From: Candidatus Cloacimonadales bacterium
GTDB lineage: Bacteria; Cloacimonadota; Cloacimonadia; Cloacimonadales; JAFGVF01
NCBI GenBank assembly: GCA_963662585.1
Contig: OY759729.1
Span: forward strand, 768,001-832,000
Direction of reading: 5' to 3'
Length of the DNA stretch: 64,000 nt
Shown here: positions 1 to 10,151 of the stretch, piece after piece
Layout: each line of letters starts with the position of its first letter
How positions within the stretch are numbered: the first letter of the stretch is position 1
Notes under the pieces: generated by a model
Told to the model about the DNA's origin: nothing
The model's input: only the letters and a program-made list of their open reading frames with translations
Databases searched by the model: none
Program-made: the position numbers and the translations under genes

Positions 1-677
1 GAAGTCCAATTAATCAAGGCTCTACCATCTCCATTATCAGTAAAGCTTGCTCCTTCAGGTAAATTAGCAAGATCAATAACTAGATTCTTATCTAAAGGGT
101 CAGTAACTATTATGGGAATATTGATATTATCATTTTCCTCAAATTCAGACTCTAGAATATCAGAAATCACAGGATAAGGAGTTCCTATAAATACCCTACC
201 AGCAACTAAATCAGCTTGAGGAGTTCCTTCATTAAGAGCACCTAAAGCAAAAGTTAGTTCAGTAGAAGTATTTTCTTCTCCTCTAGCAGTCATAAGTATA
301 TTTAAAGCATTACCCGACTGTGTTATAGGAGCTAAACCATAATGTGAAATTCTTAATTCGCCATTAACGATATGCCAAATTGGGGTGTTCCAATCTTCCG
401 TTAAGAAACCAGAAACAACATCTTCTACATGAACGATAGTAGTATCTAAAGCTATCTTGAGATAAATTGAATAAACATCTTCATTGTTCAAACCAATTAT
501 ATCTAGCGGAACTGTGAGAGTATCTGTAAGTCCCATAGCTAATTTAGGAAGACGAAGTTCTACCTGATTAGGAGTTATATAATCTTCTTTCAGAGAAGCT
601 TCTTGCAAAGCTTGACTCACATTAATCCAACTCATAATTAATAAAATCAGAGGGATTACTAACTTGTTAGTTTTCAT
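1..677 (-). CDS. Secreted cohesin-domain / Ig-like surface protein, 5' part only (runs off window start)
   Basis: Not in the ORF track. ATG at 677 after GGGG; reads MKTNKLVIPLILLIMSW (signal peptide), then TLTVPLDIIGL..LKIALDTTIVHVEDV..GFLTEDW (cohesin-like), then NLPEGASFTDNGDG (putative Ig repeat). Open to position 1. Confidence 0.75.
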   Translation of the reverse strand, partial: MKTNKLVIPLILLIMSWINVSQALQEASLKEDYITPNQVELRLPKLAMGLTDTLTVPLDIIGLNNEDVYSIYLKIALDTTIVHVEDVVSGFLTEDWNTPIWHIVNGELRISHYGLAPITQSGNALNILMTARGEENTSTELTFALGALNEGTPQADLVAGRVFIGTPYPVISDILESEFEENDNINIPIIVTDPLDKNLVIDLANLPEGASFTDNGDGRALINWT

Positions 678-685
678 TATAACCC

Positions 686-3600
686 CTATTTCATTAAGAC
701 CATTTTTATTGTCTCATTATAACCATCAGTCATTTTAATTTTTGCAAAGTAAATACCACTACTTACATTTTTGGCATTCCAAGCTATAGTCTGGTGACCT
801 TGTCCCATTTCATCATTAAGAAGAGTTGTAACTTTCTGTCCTTTTAAATTATAGATATCAATCTGAACTTTCTGTTGTTTAGCATTAAAGAAGCTAATAT
901 TAGTCGATGGATTAAATGGGTTTGGATAATTTTGATATAACTTAGAATTAATTTGAATAGCATCATTGCTATTAGGTGTTATGCTAGAATTATTTTCATC
1001 AAAAATAATAGATAAGACTTGAAGACTCTCATCATCAATTTCAGCTAGTTTTCTGAATTTAAGAGTCATAACTTGACTTTCAGAAAGTTGGTTTACAGAG
1101 TAAGAGGCAGTTCTTAATAAGCCATTCTGAGTATTTGCGAAGGTAGTTAAACTATTTGGAGCAATATAACTCTCATATTCTAAAACATTCTCATCAAAAC
1201 TAAGCTTACTTGAAAGAGAGAAGAATTCATTATTATAATTAATATTAAGGAAAAGATATTCATCATCTTCCGTAAAGTTATAAGTTACACCCTGTGTGAA
1301 ATCATCTTCTCTAACACTAGTCCAATTGCCACTAACATCACCAATTGCTATTCCCATAAAGGTGCGAGGAGTAAAGGCTGGAGAAAGTAAGAATTCATGT
1401 GTTGCTGGAGTAAAAGCCATTACACCAGCTGGTAATTCATCAAAAATACCAACACTATATCTTGCGATTGTGGCAGCATCATAAATATCAACATCACCAT
1501 CGCCATCAACATTACCAGCAACTATTTGATTTCCATCAAGATTGATTAAACCTAAAGCATAGCGGGCAACCATGGAAGCATCTAAAGGACTTATTAATAG
1601 CTCAGGAAGTTGTCCTTCAAAATCAGCAGTTAGAGTATAATCTCCATAATAGAAATCATTAAAAGAGAATTCACCTGAAGAGTTGGTTAAATTATTTCCT
1701 TGAGAAAAACCTTCAGCTGTGATATTTACATCAGCAATAGCACCATTATTACTATAATAGTTTGTCCAACCACTTATATCATAGACATTTCTTAAAGTAA
1801 ATAACCCAGAAACAATTGTTGGTTCAGGGTCACCATTATTATATTGAAAATTATTAATAGTAATAGCAGTATTTTGCAAATCAGCACCAGCATCGTTAAC
1901 TAAGAATTTAAGTAGGAAAAGATCTCCACTTCCATTTAAGAAGTCAACACTAAAGCCATTAACAGCAACTTCTCCCATAATAGTTCCGTTACTATTAACT
2001 GTCCAGTCTTCTGTTAAACACTCTGTTGTTTCTGTTTCAAGATAAGTTAGAAGAGATGGAGTAAAGCCCAATGTTATTTGGAATGAGTTAAGATCAAAGT
2101 TCTCATAAGCATTTAAAGCTTGGATAGCTACTGAAATAGTATCACCTGCAGAAGCATAATAGTCATCAATTACAACTTTTAATTCTCCGACCATCACTTG
2201 ACCAGGAGCAAAAGATGTCACAGGGTCATTTATTCCATCATCTATTACAGCATAAATATAATATTTACCATAAGGAGTATCTGTGAAATCCCAGTCATAA
2301 CTAAAATCGCTATCTTCATTAAGATTTTCTACAATAAGAATTCCGTTTTCATCATTGACACTATTATAGTATAAGCTAATCTGAGCATCGTTATCATAGT
2401 CAGAAGCAATCCAAGAAATTAATGTTGAAGAAGGATTAATCTCTAAAGTTGTAGGAGTAACTAAAGATATTGCTGGAGAGGTATTTACTAAATTGCAACC
2501 AGCCTCTTCAATCCTACTCACCATAGCACCTTCGTAATTAGCAGTATTAGAAATATCTTGTGCTACCAAACTATCGATACCGGTAACTTGTCCCCACCAG
2601 TTGTTTTGTAGATTTGCACTTGTTCCGTTAAGATTAGCTATTGATACTATGAAATCAAAATGATATTGCAAATTGGATACCCATGCCCTTGCTCCAGGAC
2701 AGTTTTCTATTTGATACATATCTAAAACTACATCTGTTCTGTTATATATCACATCATCAATGGGGCCAGTAATTGTTCTTGTACTCATATCAAAGTAGGT
2801 ATAAGCGCTAGAGAAATAATAATAATACTCATCTTGTAAGTAATAAACGCCATTAGCTTTAAAACGAGTATAATTACGGTAATTTCTGTATGAACTAGAG
2901 CTTGAACTACAGTAATAATTATCACCATCTTTCTTGTAAGTTATCCTATCTAAATAAATTGGAGCACCAGAAGGATTTATTTTTAAATATAGATCTTCAG
3001 GAAAAGTAACTGCACCAGAAGTAGTTCTCCATTCATATTCATCTTCAGTATCATAACTAAAGCTATTCTCTTCAAAACCATTATGTGTTATATTAGAATA
3101 GTTAATTGAAGGTTCTGAACGATATACAGATATTCCACCATACCTATTATCTTCAATATTACAATAGGAAAACTCTGCTGGAACTCCAGCGATACTAACC
3201 CCAAATTTGTTATCAGAAATAGTACAATTAGTAAAAGTAGGAATGCCTGTTGTGCTTATGATAGATACACCTGAACCAATATTATTATTAATTTGGCAGT
3301 TATTAAAAACTGGGCTCATATTCTCTACAAAAACACCATTAGAATGATTGCTGTTAAATTTGCTATCATTAAAAGTAACTGTTTGAGTATTATCAAGCCA
3401 CAAGCCATGAGATCCACTTCTAGCAATATTAACGCGAGTAGCACTAATAGTTACTGTTGCTAAAGCTTTCAGACCAAATCCACCTGAATTACCAATTGAT
3501 ACATCTGTTAGATTAACAGAGCCAGACTCAATAATCATACCATCTTCTGTAGTATTTTCGATTATAGTATTGATAAATCTGCTCATATTGATAGTGTTTT

Positions 3601-4117
3601 GAATTCTAATACCATATTCTTCGGAGTTTAAAATCTTGAGATTATTAGCTTGTAAACCAACACCATTGATATAAATTGGTCTATTGGCATTATAAATCTC
3701 TACATTAGTGAAGTTTGATTGAGATTGTGTACTTGCTGAATTAAAAGTAATTCCAGACCAGTCTTTATGTTCAGGAATGGTCTCCAAAGATTTAAAAATT
3801 ACCTTATCAGTTGAAGTACCAAGACAGATCATTCTACCTGAAACAAAAATATCAATATCGCCTATTGAATCAGCATTCTGATCAATCTTAGGAATTGTAA
3901 TGGTTACCCCTGAAGCGATTGTCAGAGTAACATTTTCATCAATCCATAAATCCCCTGTTATTGATATATCTTCATTCCAAGTTGTGTTAGTTGTAATATG
4001 TCCGTTTATACCATACAAGGGAATTAGTAAGTTTAACAATAAAAATGTAATAACAAATATAGTTTTATTGGTATTTAAAAACCATTTTGCAATAAAAAAT
4101 CTAGAATTAGTGTTCAT
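686..4117 (-). CDS. Large secreted protein: right-handed beta-helix + cohesin + dockerin-like + C-terminal sorting (T9SS/FlgD-type) domain
   Basis: Signal peptide; repeated NCxIxxNxGxGV beta-helix; ASAGDTISVAI..FQITLGFTPSLL cohesin; GNVDGDGDVDIYDA dockerin Ca-binding loop; QNYPNPFNPSTNI..SSGIYF tail. Confidence 0.8.
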   Translation of the reverse strand: MNTNSRFFIAKWFLNTNKTIFVITFLLLNLLIPLYGINGHITTNTTWNEDISITGDLWIDENVTLTIASGVTITIPKIDQNADSIGDIDIFVSGRMICLGTSTDKVIFKSLETIPEHKDWSGITFNSASTQSQSNFTNVEIYNANRPIYINGVGLQANNLKILNSEEYGIRIQNTINMSRFINTIIENTTEDGMIIESGSVNLTDVSIGNSGGFGLKALATVTISATRVNIARSGSHGLWLDNTQTVTFNDSKFNSNHSNGVFVENMSPVFNNCQINNNIGSGVSIISTTGIPTFTNCTISDNKFGVSIAGVPAEFSYCNIEDNRYGGISVYRSEPSINYSNITHNGFEENSFSYDTEDEYEWRTTSGAVTFPEDLYLKINPSGAPIYLDRITYKKDGDNYYCSSSSSSYRNYRNYTRFKANGVYYLQDEYYYYFSSAYTYFDMSTRTITGPIDDVIYNRTDVVLDMYQIENCPGARAWVSNLQYHFDFIVSIANLNGTSANLQNNWWGQVTGIDSLVAQDISNTANYEGAMVSRIEEAGCNLVNTSPAISLVTPTTLEINPSSTLISWIASDYDNDAQISLYYNSVNDENGILIVENLNEDSDFSYDWDFTDTPYGKYYIYAVIDDGINDPVTSFAPGQVMVGELKVVIDDYYASAGDTISVAIQALNAYENFDLNSFQITLGFTPSLLTYLETETTECLTEDWTVNSNGTIMGEVAVNGFSVDFLNGSGDLFLLKFLVNDAGADLQNTAITINNFQYNNGDPEPTIVSGLFTLRNVYDISGWTNYYSNNGAIADVNITAEGFSQGNNLTNSSGEFSFNDFYYGDYTLTADFEGQLPELLISPLDASMVARYALGLINLDGNQIVAGNVDGDGDVDIYDAATIARYSVGIFDELPAGVMAFTPATHEFLLSPAFTPRTFMGIAIGDVSGNWTSVREDDFTQGVTYNFTEDDEYLFLNINYNNEFFSLSSKLSFDENVLEYESYIAPNSLTTFANTQNGLLRTASYSVNQLSESQVMTLKFRKLAEIDDESLQVLSIIFDENNSSITPNSNDAIQINSKLYQNYPNPFNPSTNISFFNAKQQKVQIDIYNLKGQKVTTLLNDEMGQGHQTIAWNAKNVSSGIYFAKIKMTDGYNETIKMVLMK

Positions 4118-4282
4118 ATTGTTTCTCCAAATGTTAAATTTTGATGTAACAATATTGGGATTTTATTTGATAAGTGTCAAGTATTTTTTATAAAAAACAT
4201 ATTGTAACTTGTAATATTTGAGTTTGATAAATATACTATACATAAATGGTATTGCAGACTTATAATTATTTAAGTCGGAGGA

Positions 4283-4318
4283 AATCACCCCCTGTCTCCC
4301 CCTCATTGAGGGGGATTC
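4283..4318. repeat. Family-A palindromic repeat (CACCCCC-tgtct-CCCCCTC-loop-GAGGGGG), downstream of pgm
   Basis: Reverse complement of the copies at ~19233, 19431, 54780 and 55070. Confidence 0.7.
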
Positions 4319-4378
4319 TAGGCAAAGGGCTTAATTTGTGTTAATTTAAATTATTTAGCGTTAATTTGTTTAAAGGTC

Positions 4379-5737
4379 TTATTGCTTAGCAAATTTATCT
4401 AATTTTCTTTCAAACAAATCTTGAATTTCCTTCATTCTAGCTTCAGTTTCAGCTTCATAGCGAAGAACTAAAACAGGAGTCGTGTTTGACGCACGGCATA
4501 ATCCCCAACCATCTTTGAAAGTAACTCTCACACCATCGATTGCGATAGCTTCGAAGCCTTCAGCGATAAATTCATCCCTGATTTTATCTACTATAGCAAA
4601 TTTCTTCTCTTCTGGTACATGATAATGAATTTCTGGAGTATTGAACATCTTAGGTTGGTCTTCTAGGAATCTGCTAACAGGAATATCTTTCTTAGCTGCT
4701 ATTTCAGTGAAGCGACAGCAGACATATATTGCATCGTCAAAGCCTAAGTATCTATCACCTAAGAATACATGACCTGACATTTCTCCACCGACTTTAATTC
4801 CCCTGTCTTTCATTTCGTTCTTGATATTAGCATGACCTGTTTTATACATGACAGGTTTTCCACCGTGTTTAGCAATATCATCATAGAGGTTTTTAGAGCA
4901 TTTAACATCTGCAAGAACTGTTTCTCCTGGGTTTTTCTCTAAGAAATCACGGGCAATAATATTAAGAATTTGGTCGCCATAAAGCATATTACCTTTTTCA
5001 TCAATAACACCAATTCTATCAGCATCGCCATCTAAACCCAGTCCGATATCTGCTTTAAGTTCTAAAACTTTCGCAATGAGGTCTTTATTATTTTTGAGGA
5101 CTGTTGGATCAGGATGGTGATTAGGGAAAGTTCCATCAGGTTCGCAGTAAAGCTCAGTTACATCACATCCTAAGTCTCTAAGGATATTAGGTAAGAAAGG
5201 TCCACCTGCACCATTTCCACCATCAACAACAACTTTGAGAGGTCTTTTCATATCAATATTCTCAACAATATATTTATGATAATCAGGAACAACACTTCTA
5301 TCTTCTTTCAAAGTACCGCTTCCAGAGGCAAATTCACCTTTATCAATTATGTCATATATATGTTGGATATCTTCGCCATAAACACTGGCGAGTCCTAAAT
5401 TTAGTTTAATTCCATTATATTCTGAAGGGTTATGGCTAGCAGTAATCATAGTACCAGCATCAACTTTGTAGTACCAAATAGAAAAATAGAGAATAGGAGT
5501 AGCAGCGAATCCTACATCGATTACATCGATACCTGTTTCACGAGCACCTTTAATAAAAGCAGCTTTATAGTCAGGAGTTGTTAATCTAGCATCACCTGCT
5601 ATAACCAATGTTTTCTTGTCTAAATTTCTTAAATAAGTTCCAAATCCTTTGCCGATAAGATAGAGATTCTCAACACTAAGATCTTTATCTACAAGACCAC
5701 GAATATCATATTGTCTAAAAATACTTCTATTAAGCAT
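4379..5737 (-). CDS. Phosphomannomutase/phosphoglucomutase (AlgC-like)
   Basis: FRQYDIRG, MITASHNP phosphoserine loop, DGDADR metal loop, GEMSGH, RASNTTP. Confidence 0.95.
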   Translation of the reverse strand: MLNRSIFRQYDIRGLVDKDLSVENLYLIGKGFGTYLRNLDKKTLVIAGDARLTTPDYKAAFIKGARETGIDVIDVGFAATPILYFSIWYYKVDAGTMITASHNPSEYNGIKLNLGLASVYGEDIQHIYDIIDKGEFASGSGTLKEDRSVVPDYHKYIVENIDMKRPLKVVVDGGNGAGGPFLPNILRDLGCDVTELYCEPDGTFPNHHPDPTVLKNNKDLIAKVLELKADIGLGLDGDADRIGVIDEKGNMLYGDQILNIIARDFLEKNPGETVLADVKCSKNLYDDIAKHGGKPVMYKTGHANIKNEMKDRGIKVGGEMSGHVFLGDRYLGFDDAIYVCCRFTEIAAKKDIPVSRFLEDQPKMFNTPEIHYHVPEEKKFAIVDKIRDEFIAEGFEAIAIDGVRVTFKDGWGLCRASNTTPVLVLRYEAETEARMKEIQDLFERKLDKFAKQ

Positions 5738-5739
5738 AC

Positions 5740-6336
5740 TTATCTCTCCTTTGATGATTCATAATATTTCATAATTTCTTCCTTGATTAAGAAGAAAGCT
5801 TTAGCTCTATGGCTAATTTGATTTTTCTCTGTATCGCTCATTTGAGCGTAAGTCTTTTGAGTTTCTGAAACTTTGAAGATTGAATCATAACCGAATCCAG
5901 AATCACCAATTTCTTCAGTGGTTATCTGTCCAGGAACAATCCCTTCAGCAGTAGCAACTAAGCCTGTTTTATCAGCCAAAGCGACAACTGTTCTAAATTC
6001 TGCATATCTGTCTTCTTTTCCACTCATCTCTTTAAGCATTTTACTTCTATTATCTTGATAACTACACTTCTCACCGGCATAACGAGCTGAGTAAACTCCA
6101 GGCTGATTATCTAAAGCACGAACAAAGAGTCCTGTATCATCAGCAGCTGTTAAAAGTCCAGTAAATTGAGCATTTTCGCAAGCTTTTTTAACTGCATTTC
6201 CCATGATAGTGTCTTTATCTTCAATTACATCAGGAGCATCAGGGAATTCATTTAGGGAGAGAATTTCATAGCCCTTGAGAATTTCCTTTATCTCTTTGAT
6301 TTTATCTCTGTTTTTTGATCCTATAAATATTTTCAT
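5740..6336 (-). CDS. rdgB: Non-canonical purine NTP pyrophosphatase (RdgB/HAM1)
   Basis: ADDTGL, PGVYSARYAG, GFGYD, KNQISHR. Start placed at 6336 (MKIFIGSKN), which overlaps the upstream stop as TAATG. Confidence 0.93.
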   Translation of the reverse strand: MKIFIGSKNRDKIKEIKEILKGYEILSLNEFPDAPDVIEDKDTIMGNAVKKACENAQFTGLLTAADDTGLFVRALDNQPGVYSARYAGEKCSYQDNRSKMLKEMSGKEDRYAEFRTVVALADKTGLVATAEGIVPGQITTEEIGDSGFGYDSIFKVSETQKTYAQMSDTEKNQISHRAKAFFLIKEEIMKYYESSKER

Positions 6337-6887
6337 TAAGATTTTTTCCATATCCATTTTCTAATTTTCTTTAGTACATTTTTATCTAAGAATTGATCAG
6401 ATTTTTCTAGAAGGGTTCGAATTAAATCAATAATATTCTCTTTTCCACTCCAGTTTTCGATAATGACATTCTCTCCAACATTATTCAGTAAGTTATCTAA
6501 AGCAAAAATAACTAAGAAAAGATCGTCTGTATAGCCAATGAAAGGTATGAAATCAGGAATGATGTCTATGGGTGAAATCAGATAAGCAATAACTCCTGCT
6601 AAAAACACTTTCTTCCCTGCAGGAACTCTTTTATCTACTACTAAGCGACTTACTAAAATGAATAAATCTGGTAAGAGAAGAAGGAATTGTGCTATTTCAT
6701 AACCAGCTTTTCCAGTTCTCTTTTTGGCCCATTTATCAATAGTAGTTCTCATCTTTTCATAGAATCTGAACTTTCTCTCCCCTAATAATTTAATCTCATC
6801 AAAATCTTTTTCATTAAATTCTGTTTCTACGCCTTCAATTACATCATCTATTTCTTCATCAATATCATCTAATTTTTCGTCTTGCAT
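6336..6887 (-). CDS. DUF1232 (YkvA-like) membrane protein
   Basis: AYLISPIDIIPDFIPFIGYTDD motif. Confidence 0.88.
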   Translation of the reverse strand: MQDEKLDDIDEEIDDVIEGVETEFNEKDFDEIKLLGERKFRFYEKMRTTIDKWAKKRTGKAGYEIAQFLLLLPDLFILVSRLVVDKRVPAGKKVFLAGVIAYLISPIDIIPDFIPFIGYTDDLFLVIFALDNLLNNVGENVIIENWSGKENIIDLIRTLLEKSDQFLDKNVLKKIRKWIWKKS

Positions 6888-6907
6888 TTCTCCTCCTTGA
6901 AGATTAA

Positions 6908-8713
6908 TCAGATATTCTCTAATAGATCTTTCAGTTTAGCGATTAGCTCATCATCTTCAATATCAGGGTGCCACTCAGCATAATCATCAATAATTTTAGC
7001 TCCCCTAATATGATCTTTCATCTTGGAATTAATAATCATCCCGATTAAAGTCTTAAATACTCTTTTATACTCTTCTTTTATTGCTACCATTGAGACATCT
7101 ATTTCTAACATGCCTATAATTTCGGTTAAAAGAAGGGATTCATTTCCTTCAATCAGTTCTTTAAGAGCGAAATATTTTAAGAAGAATTTATAAGTTTCGA
7201 GGGCTTTAACTCTATTTTCTTCCGTAAGATAGTTTTTACCTAGCTCAAGAATATCCCGATCTGTGTAGATTTTTTTATTCTTAACTTGAAGCAAAAGGCC
7301 ATAAGCATTTAACATTAATTTAGCTATCTCTGGTCTGAATATTCTAAAATCATTAATCAATCTTTTCGCTTTGTTTCGTTTAAGATATTTATCTTCGTTT
7401 CTGAATATAGCGTAGCTATTATCACTTAGTCCCCAAGCTGGAATAATCTCATTATAGGCAGGTGGGATATCTTTCTGAGTAGCAAATGGATGACTTATTA
7501 ATGAAAAAGGAAACTCAACTCTTTGGGGTAAAGTTGTTACCCCTGTAGCAATTATTGAATAAGCAGCCTTTCTATAATCAGCAGGGAATTTAATATTACA
7601 GCCCAAGCCATAAAAGACACCTTCCCCAGCGAAAAGTTCTTGATCAGGAAGCTTAGAAGTATGGTTAGAACCCACATTAGCACCGTAGCCAACATTACCT
7701 CGTCCTTCCATCCATAATGTGCCTATAACCATTGACTGATGATGGAAGCCTACAAAAGGACCTAAAACTGAGGCTGTTACCTCTCCCTCACCCACAAGAG
7801 TGTTTGGTCCGATAATACTATCTTTTACTTTTCCATGTCTTTCCACTCCTGCATATTCACACAAAAGTGAGTTCTGCACCAGAGCCATGGAAGCTACTTT
7901 AACTCCCCACTGACAGAGAGTATTTTCTAAGATAACTCCATCTAGAATCTTAGTAACTTCTTCTTTTTCTGAAAGAACTGTAGAATTATCAATCTTAATA
8001 GTATTATCAATTAAAGCGTGATAACCAATATAGGAATTATAGATTTTTTTGTTATTAAAGAGTTTAGCATTAGAGGAAATAATTCCAAAAGAAGAGTTAA
8101 TACTTGCCGCGTAATCCTTTACTAGTTCCAGATATTTATTATAAATTCCATCTTCTCTTTCACCAGTTATCAGTTCACCGATATAGTTAATATCTTGTTC
8201 TGCATAAAGGGGAATATCTCTTCCTCCAACTTCTGAACCAACAGATATCATTGTTCCATTACCAAAATTTGTGTTTTTCTCAGCACAAATTAAATCATTT
8301 CCCACGACAATAACATTTTCACTAATATAATATCTACTAATAAGTTTATTATCTTTTATTAGGCAATTAGAATCAATAAAGACATCATTCAAGTTGGAAT
8401 TATAAATCCCATTGGAATGGAAATAATTACCAAAAAGTCTAACTTTTTCTCCAGAGTAATTACTTAAGAAGATTCTCCCAGAAAAATTGTTGTTTCTGAT
8501 AAAGTCTGGAGTAAACTCTGGCTCTACGAATACATTTGACCAATCATCACAAGTATTGCCATGATTCTCTAATTTCGTTATCTCTGTTTTAGATATTGGT
8601 CTGACTATTTTAACTAATTCATTAGTTGAAAGGTTATTTTCTGCTAATTCTTCTACGATATTTGGTAAATAGAATTTATCTCTAAAATTTGCTATTAGTT
8701 TCTGTAAATCCAT
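6908..8713 (-). CDS. DUF4954-family protein (left-handed beta-helix-like)
   Basis: LENHGNTCDDWSNVFV N-terminus, GPFVGFHHQS, GYGANVGSNHTS. Confidence 0.75.
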   Translation of the reverse strand: MDLQKLIANFRDKFYLPNIVEELAENNLSTNELVKIVRPISKTEITKLENHGNTCDDWSNVFVEPEFTPDFIRNNNFSGRIFLSNYSGEKVRLFGNYFHSNGIYNSNLNDVFIDSNCLIKDNKLISRYYISENVIVVGNDLICAEKNTNFGNGTMISVGSEVGGRDIPLYAEQDINYIGELITGEREDGIYNKYLELVKDYAASINSSFGIISSNAKLFNNKKIYNSYIGYHALIDNTIKIDNSTVLSEKEEVTKILDGVILENTLCQWGVKVASMALVQNSLLCEYAGVERHGKVKDSIIGPNTLVGEGEVTASVLGPFVGFHHQSMVIGTLWMEGRGNVGYGANVGSNHTSKLPDQELFAGEGVFYGLGCNIKFPADYRKAAYSIIATGVTTLPQRVEFPFSLISHPFATQKDIPPAYNEIIPAWGLSDNSYAIFRNEDKYLKRNKAKRLINDFRIFRPEIAKLMLNAYGLLLQVKNKKIYTDRDILELGKNYLTEENRVKALETYKFFLKYFALKELIEGNESLLLTEIIGMLEIDVSMVAIKEEYKRVFKTLIGMIINSKMKDHIRGAKIIDDYAEWHPDIEDDELIAKLKDLLENI

Positions 8714-8813
8714 AATTCTTCCTGTTTTCTATCAAATTTATTCTCTAAATTAGAATTAAGTTCCAGCTTAAATATGTCAATCACTATTTGCTGAATATTT
8801 ATTATAGTGATAA

Positions 8814-10151
8814 TTAACTTAATATTTTTTCTATCTCTTCTCTCTCTTTATCATAACCTTTTTTACCCATCAAAGCATAAGTAGCAATTTTTCCTTCTTC
8901 CACTCCAGGTTGATCTAAAGGGTCAATTTCTAAGAGTGCTCCGGTAAATACAGTCATTATTTCATAAAGCATTATGAATTCACCCAAATTTTTCTCATTA
9001 ATCTTAGGGAAGGTAATATTACAGTTTGGTCTATCAGATTTTGATAGAGCAATTTCGGTAGCTAATCTTTCAGTATTAAGAAGTTTTGAGAGGTTTTGAC
9101 CACCTAAGTAATTTACTTCATCGCGATCAGGGTAGATAAGAGGAATATTATAATCATGCTTGAAATTATCTACGGTTAAGAAAGTAGTAACTTTATCGTT
9201 AGGTCCTTCTCTATAGAGCTGAACTTGAGAGTGTTGATCAGTGGTACCTAGGGCTTTAACAGGAGTTTGCCCCACAAATACTTCCTCATTATTGAGATTA
9301 TACTTTTTGCCTAGAGATTCAGCCCATAATTGACGATACCAGTCTGCCATATCATAAAGAGAGTTTGCATAAGGCATCATTACTGAGATATTTTTCCCCT
9401 CTTTCATGTAGAGGTAATGAGTTAACCCCATCAAGTAGGCAGGATTTTGCTTAATATCAGGAGTAGCACATAAATCTCTCATAGTCCCGGCACCTGCTAA
9501 TAATTCATCAATATCTATTCCTACAAAGGCAGAGCTGAGCAGTCCCACATCAGTAAGTACAGAAAATCTTCCACCCACATTATCAGGAACTTCAAAATCG
9601 TAATAGCCTTCTTTATTAATTATTTGACGAAGGAATCCTTTCTCTTTATCTGTAGTAACAACAATATGTTTTTTATAATCATTAGGAAAAGCTTCTTTCA
9701 GAATTTGCAGAATAATCAAGAATACTGACATTGTTTCAGCAGTTGTTCCTGATTTTGTCACAACATTAAAGAGTGTTCTTCTTAATTCAATCTGTGATAA
9801 AATATCATAAACAAGGCTAGGATCTACATTGTCTGCGACAAAGAGCTTTTTATTAAGACTTTTTTCAATTCTCAGGGCAGAGTAGAGAGCTTTATTTCCT
9901 AGAGCAGAACCACCAATCCCTAAAACCACTATATTATCAAAATCTTGGTCTATGCTACTGATATAATTATTAATTCTCTCTGTATTTTTTTCAGGTAAGC
10001 TGTAAAATCCTAGAATATCCTCTTCTTTTTGTTTTAATATTGATTGATGAGCTTTATTAATTAACTCTTGATAAACTGTCAAATCACTATTTAAACCAGA
10101 TTTAATTAATTCATTTTTAAACAAATTGGTAAAGTTGAAACTCAAACTCAT
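8814..10151 (-). CDS. pgi: Glucose-6-phosphate isomerase
   Basis: GIGGSALG, KSGTTAET, VGGRFSV, QLWAESLGK, DQHSQVQL, DQPGVEEGK. Confidence 0.95.
   Translation of the reverse strand: MSLSFNFTNLFKNELIKSGLNSDLTVYQELINKAHQSILKQKEEDILGFYSLPEKNTERINNYISSIDQDFDNIVVLGIGGSALGNKALYSALRIEKSLNKKLFVADNVDPSLVYDILSQIELRRTLFNVVTKSGTTAETMSVFLIILQILKEAFPNDYKKHIVVTTDKEKGFLRQIINKEGYYDFEVPDNVGGRFSVLTDVGLLSSAFVGIDIDELLAGAGTMRDLCATPDIKQNPAYLMGLTHYLYMKEGKNISVMMPYANSLYDMADWYRQLWAESLGKKYNLNNEEVFVGQTPVKALGTTDQHSQVQLYREGPNDKVTTFLTVDNFKHDYNIPLIYPDRDEVNYLGGQNLSKLLNTERLATEIALSKSDRPNCNITFPKINEKNLGEFIMLYEIMTVFTGALLEIDPLDQPGVEEGKIATYALMGKKGYDKEREEIEKILS

Noticed and set aside
2650..3060. Tyr/Ser-rich insert as a diversity-generating retroelement target
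   Set aside because: No template repeat or reverse transcriptase seen in the window.
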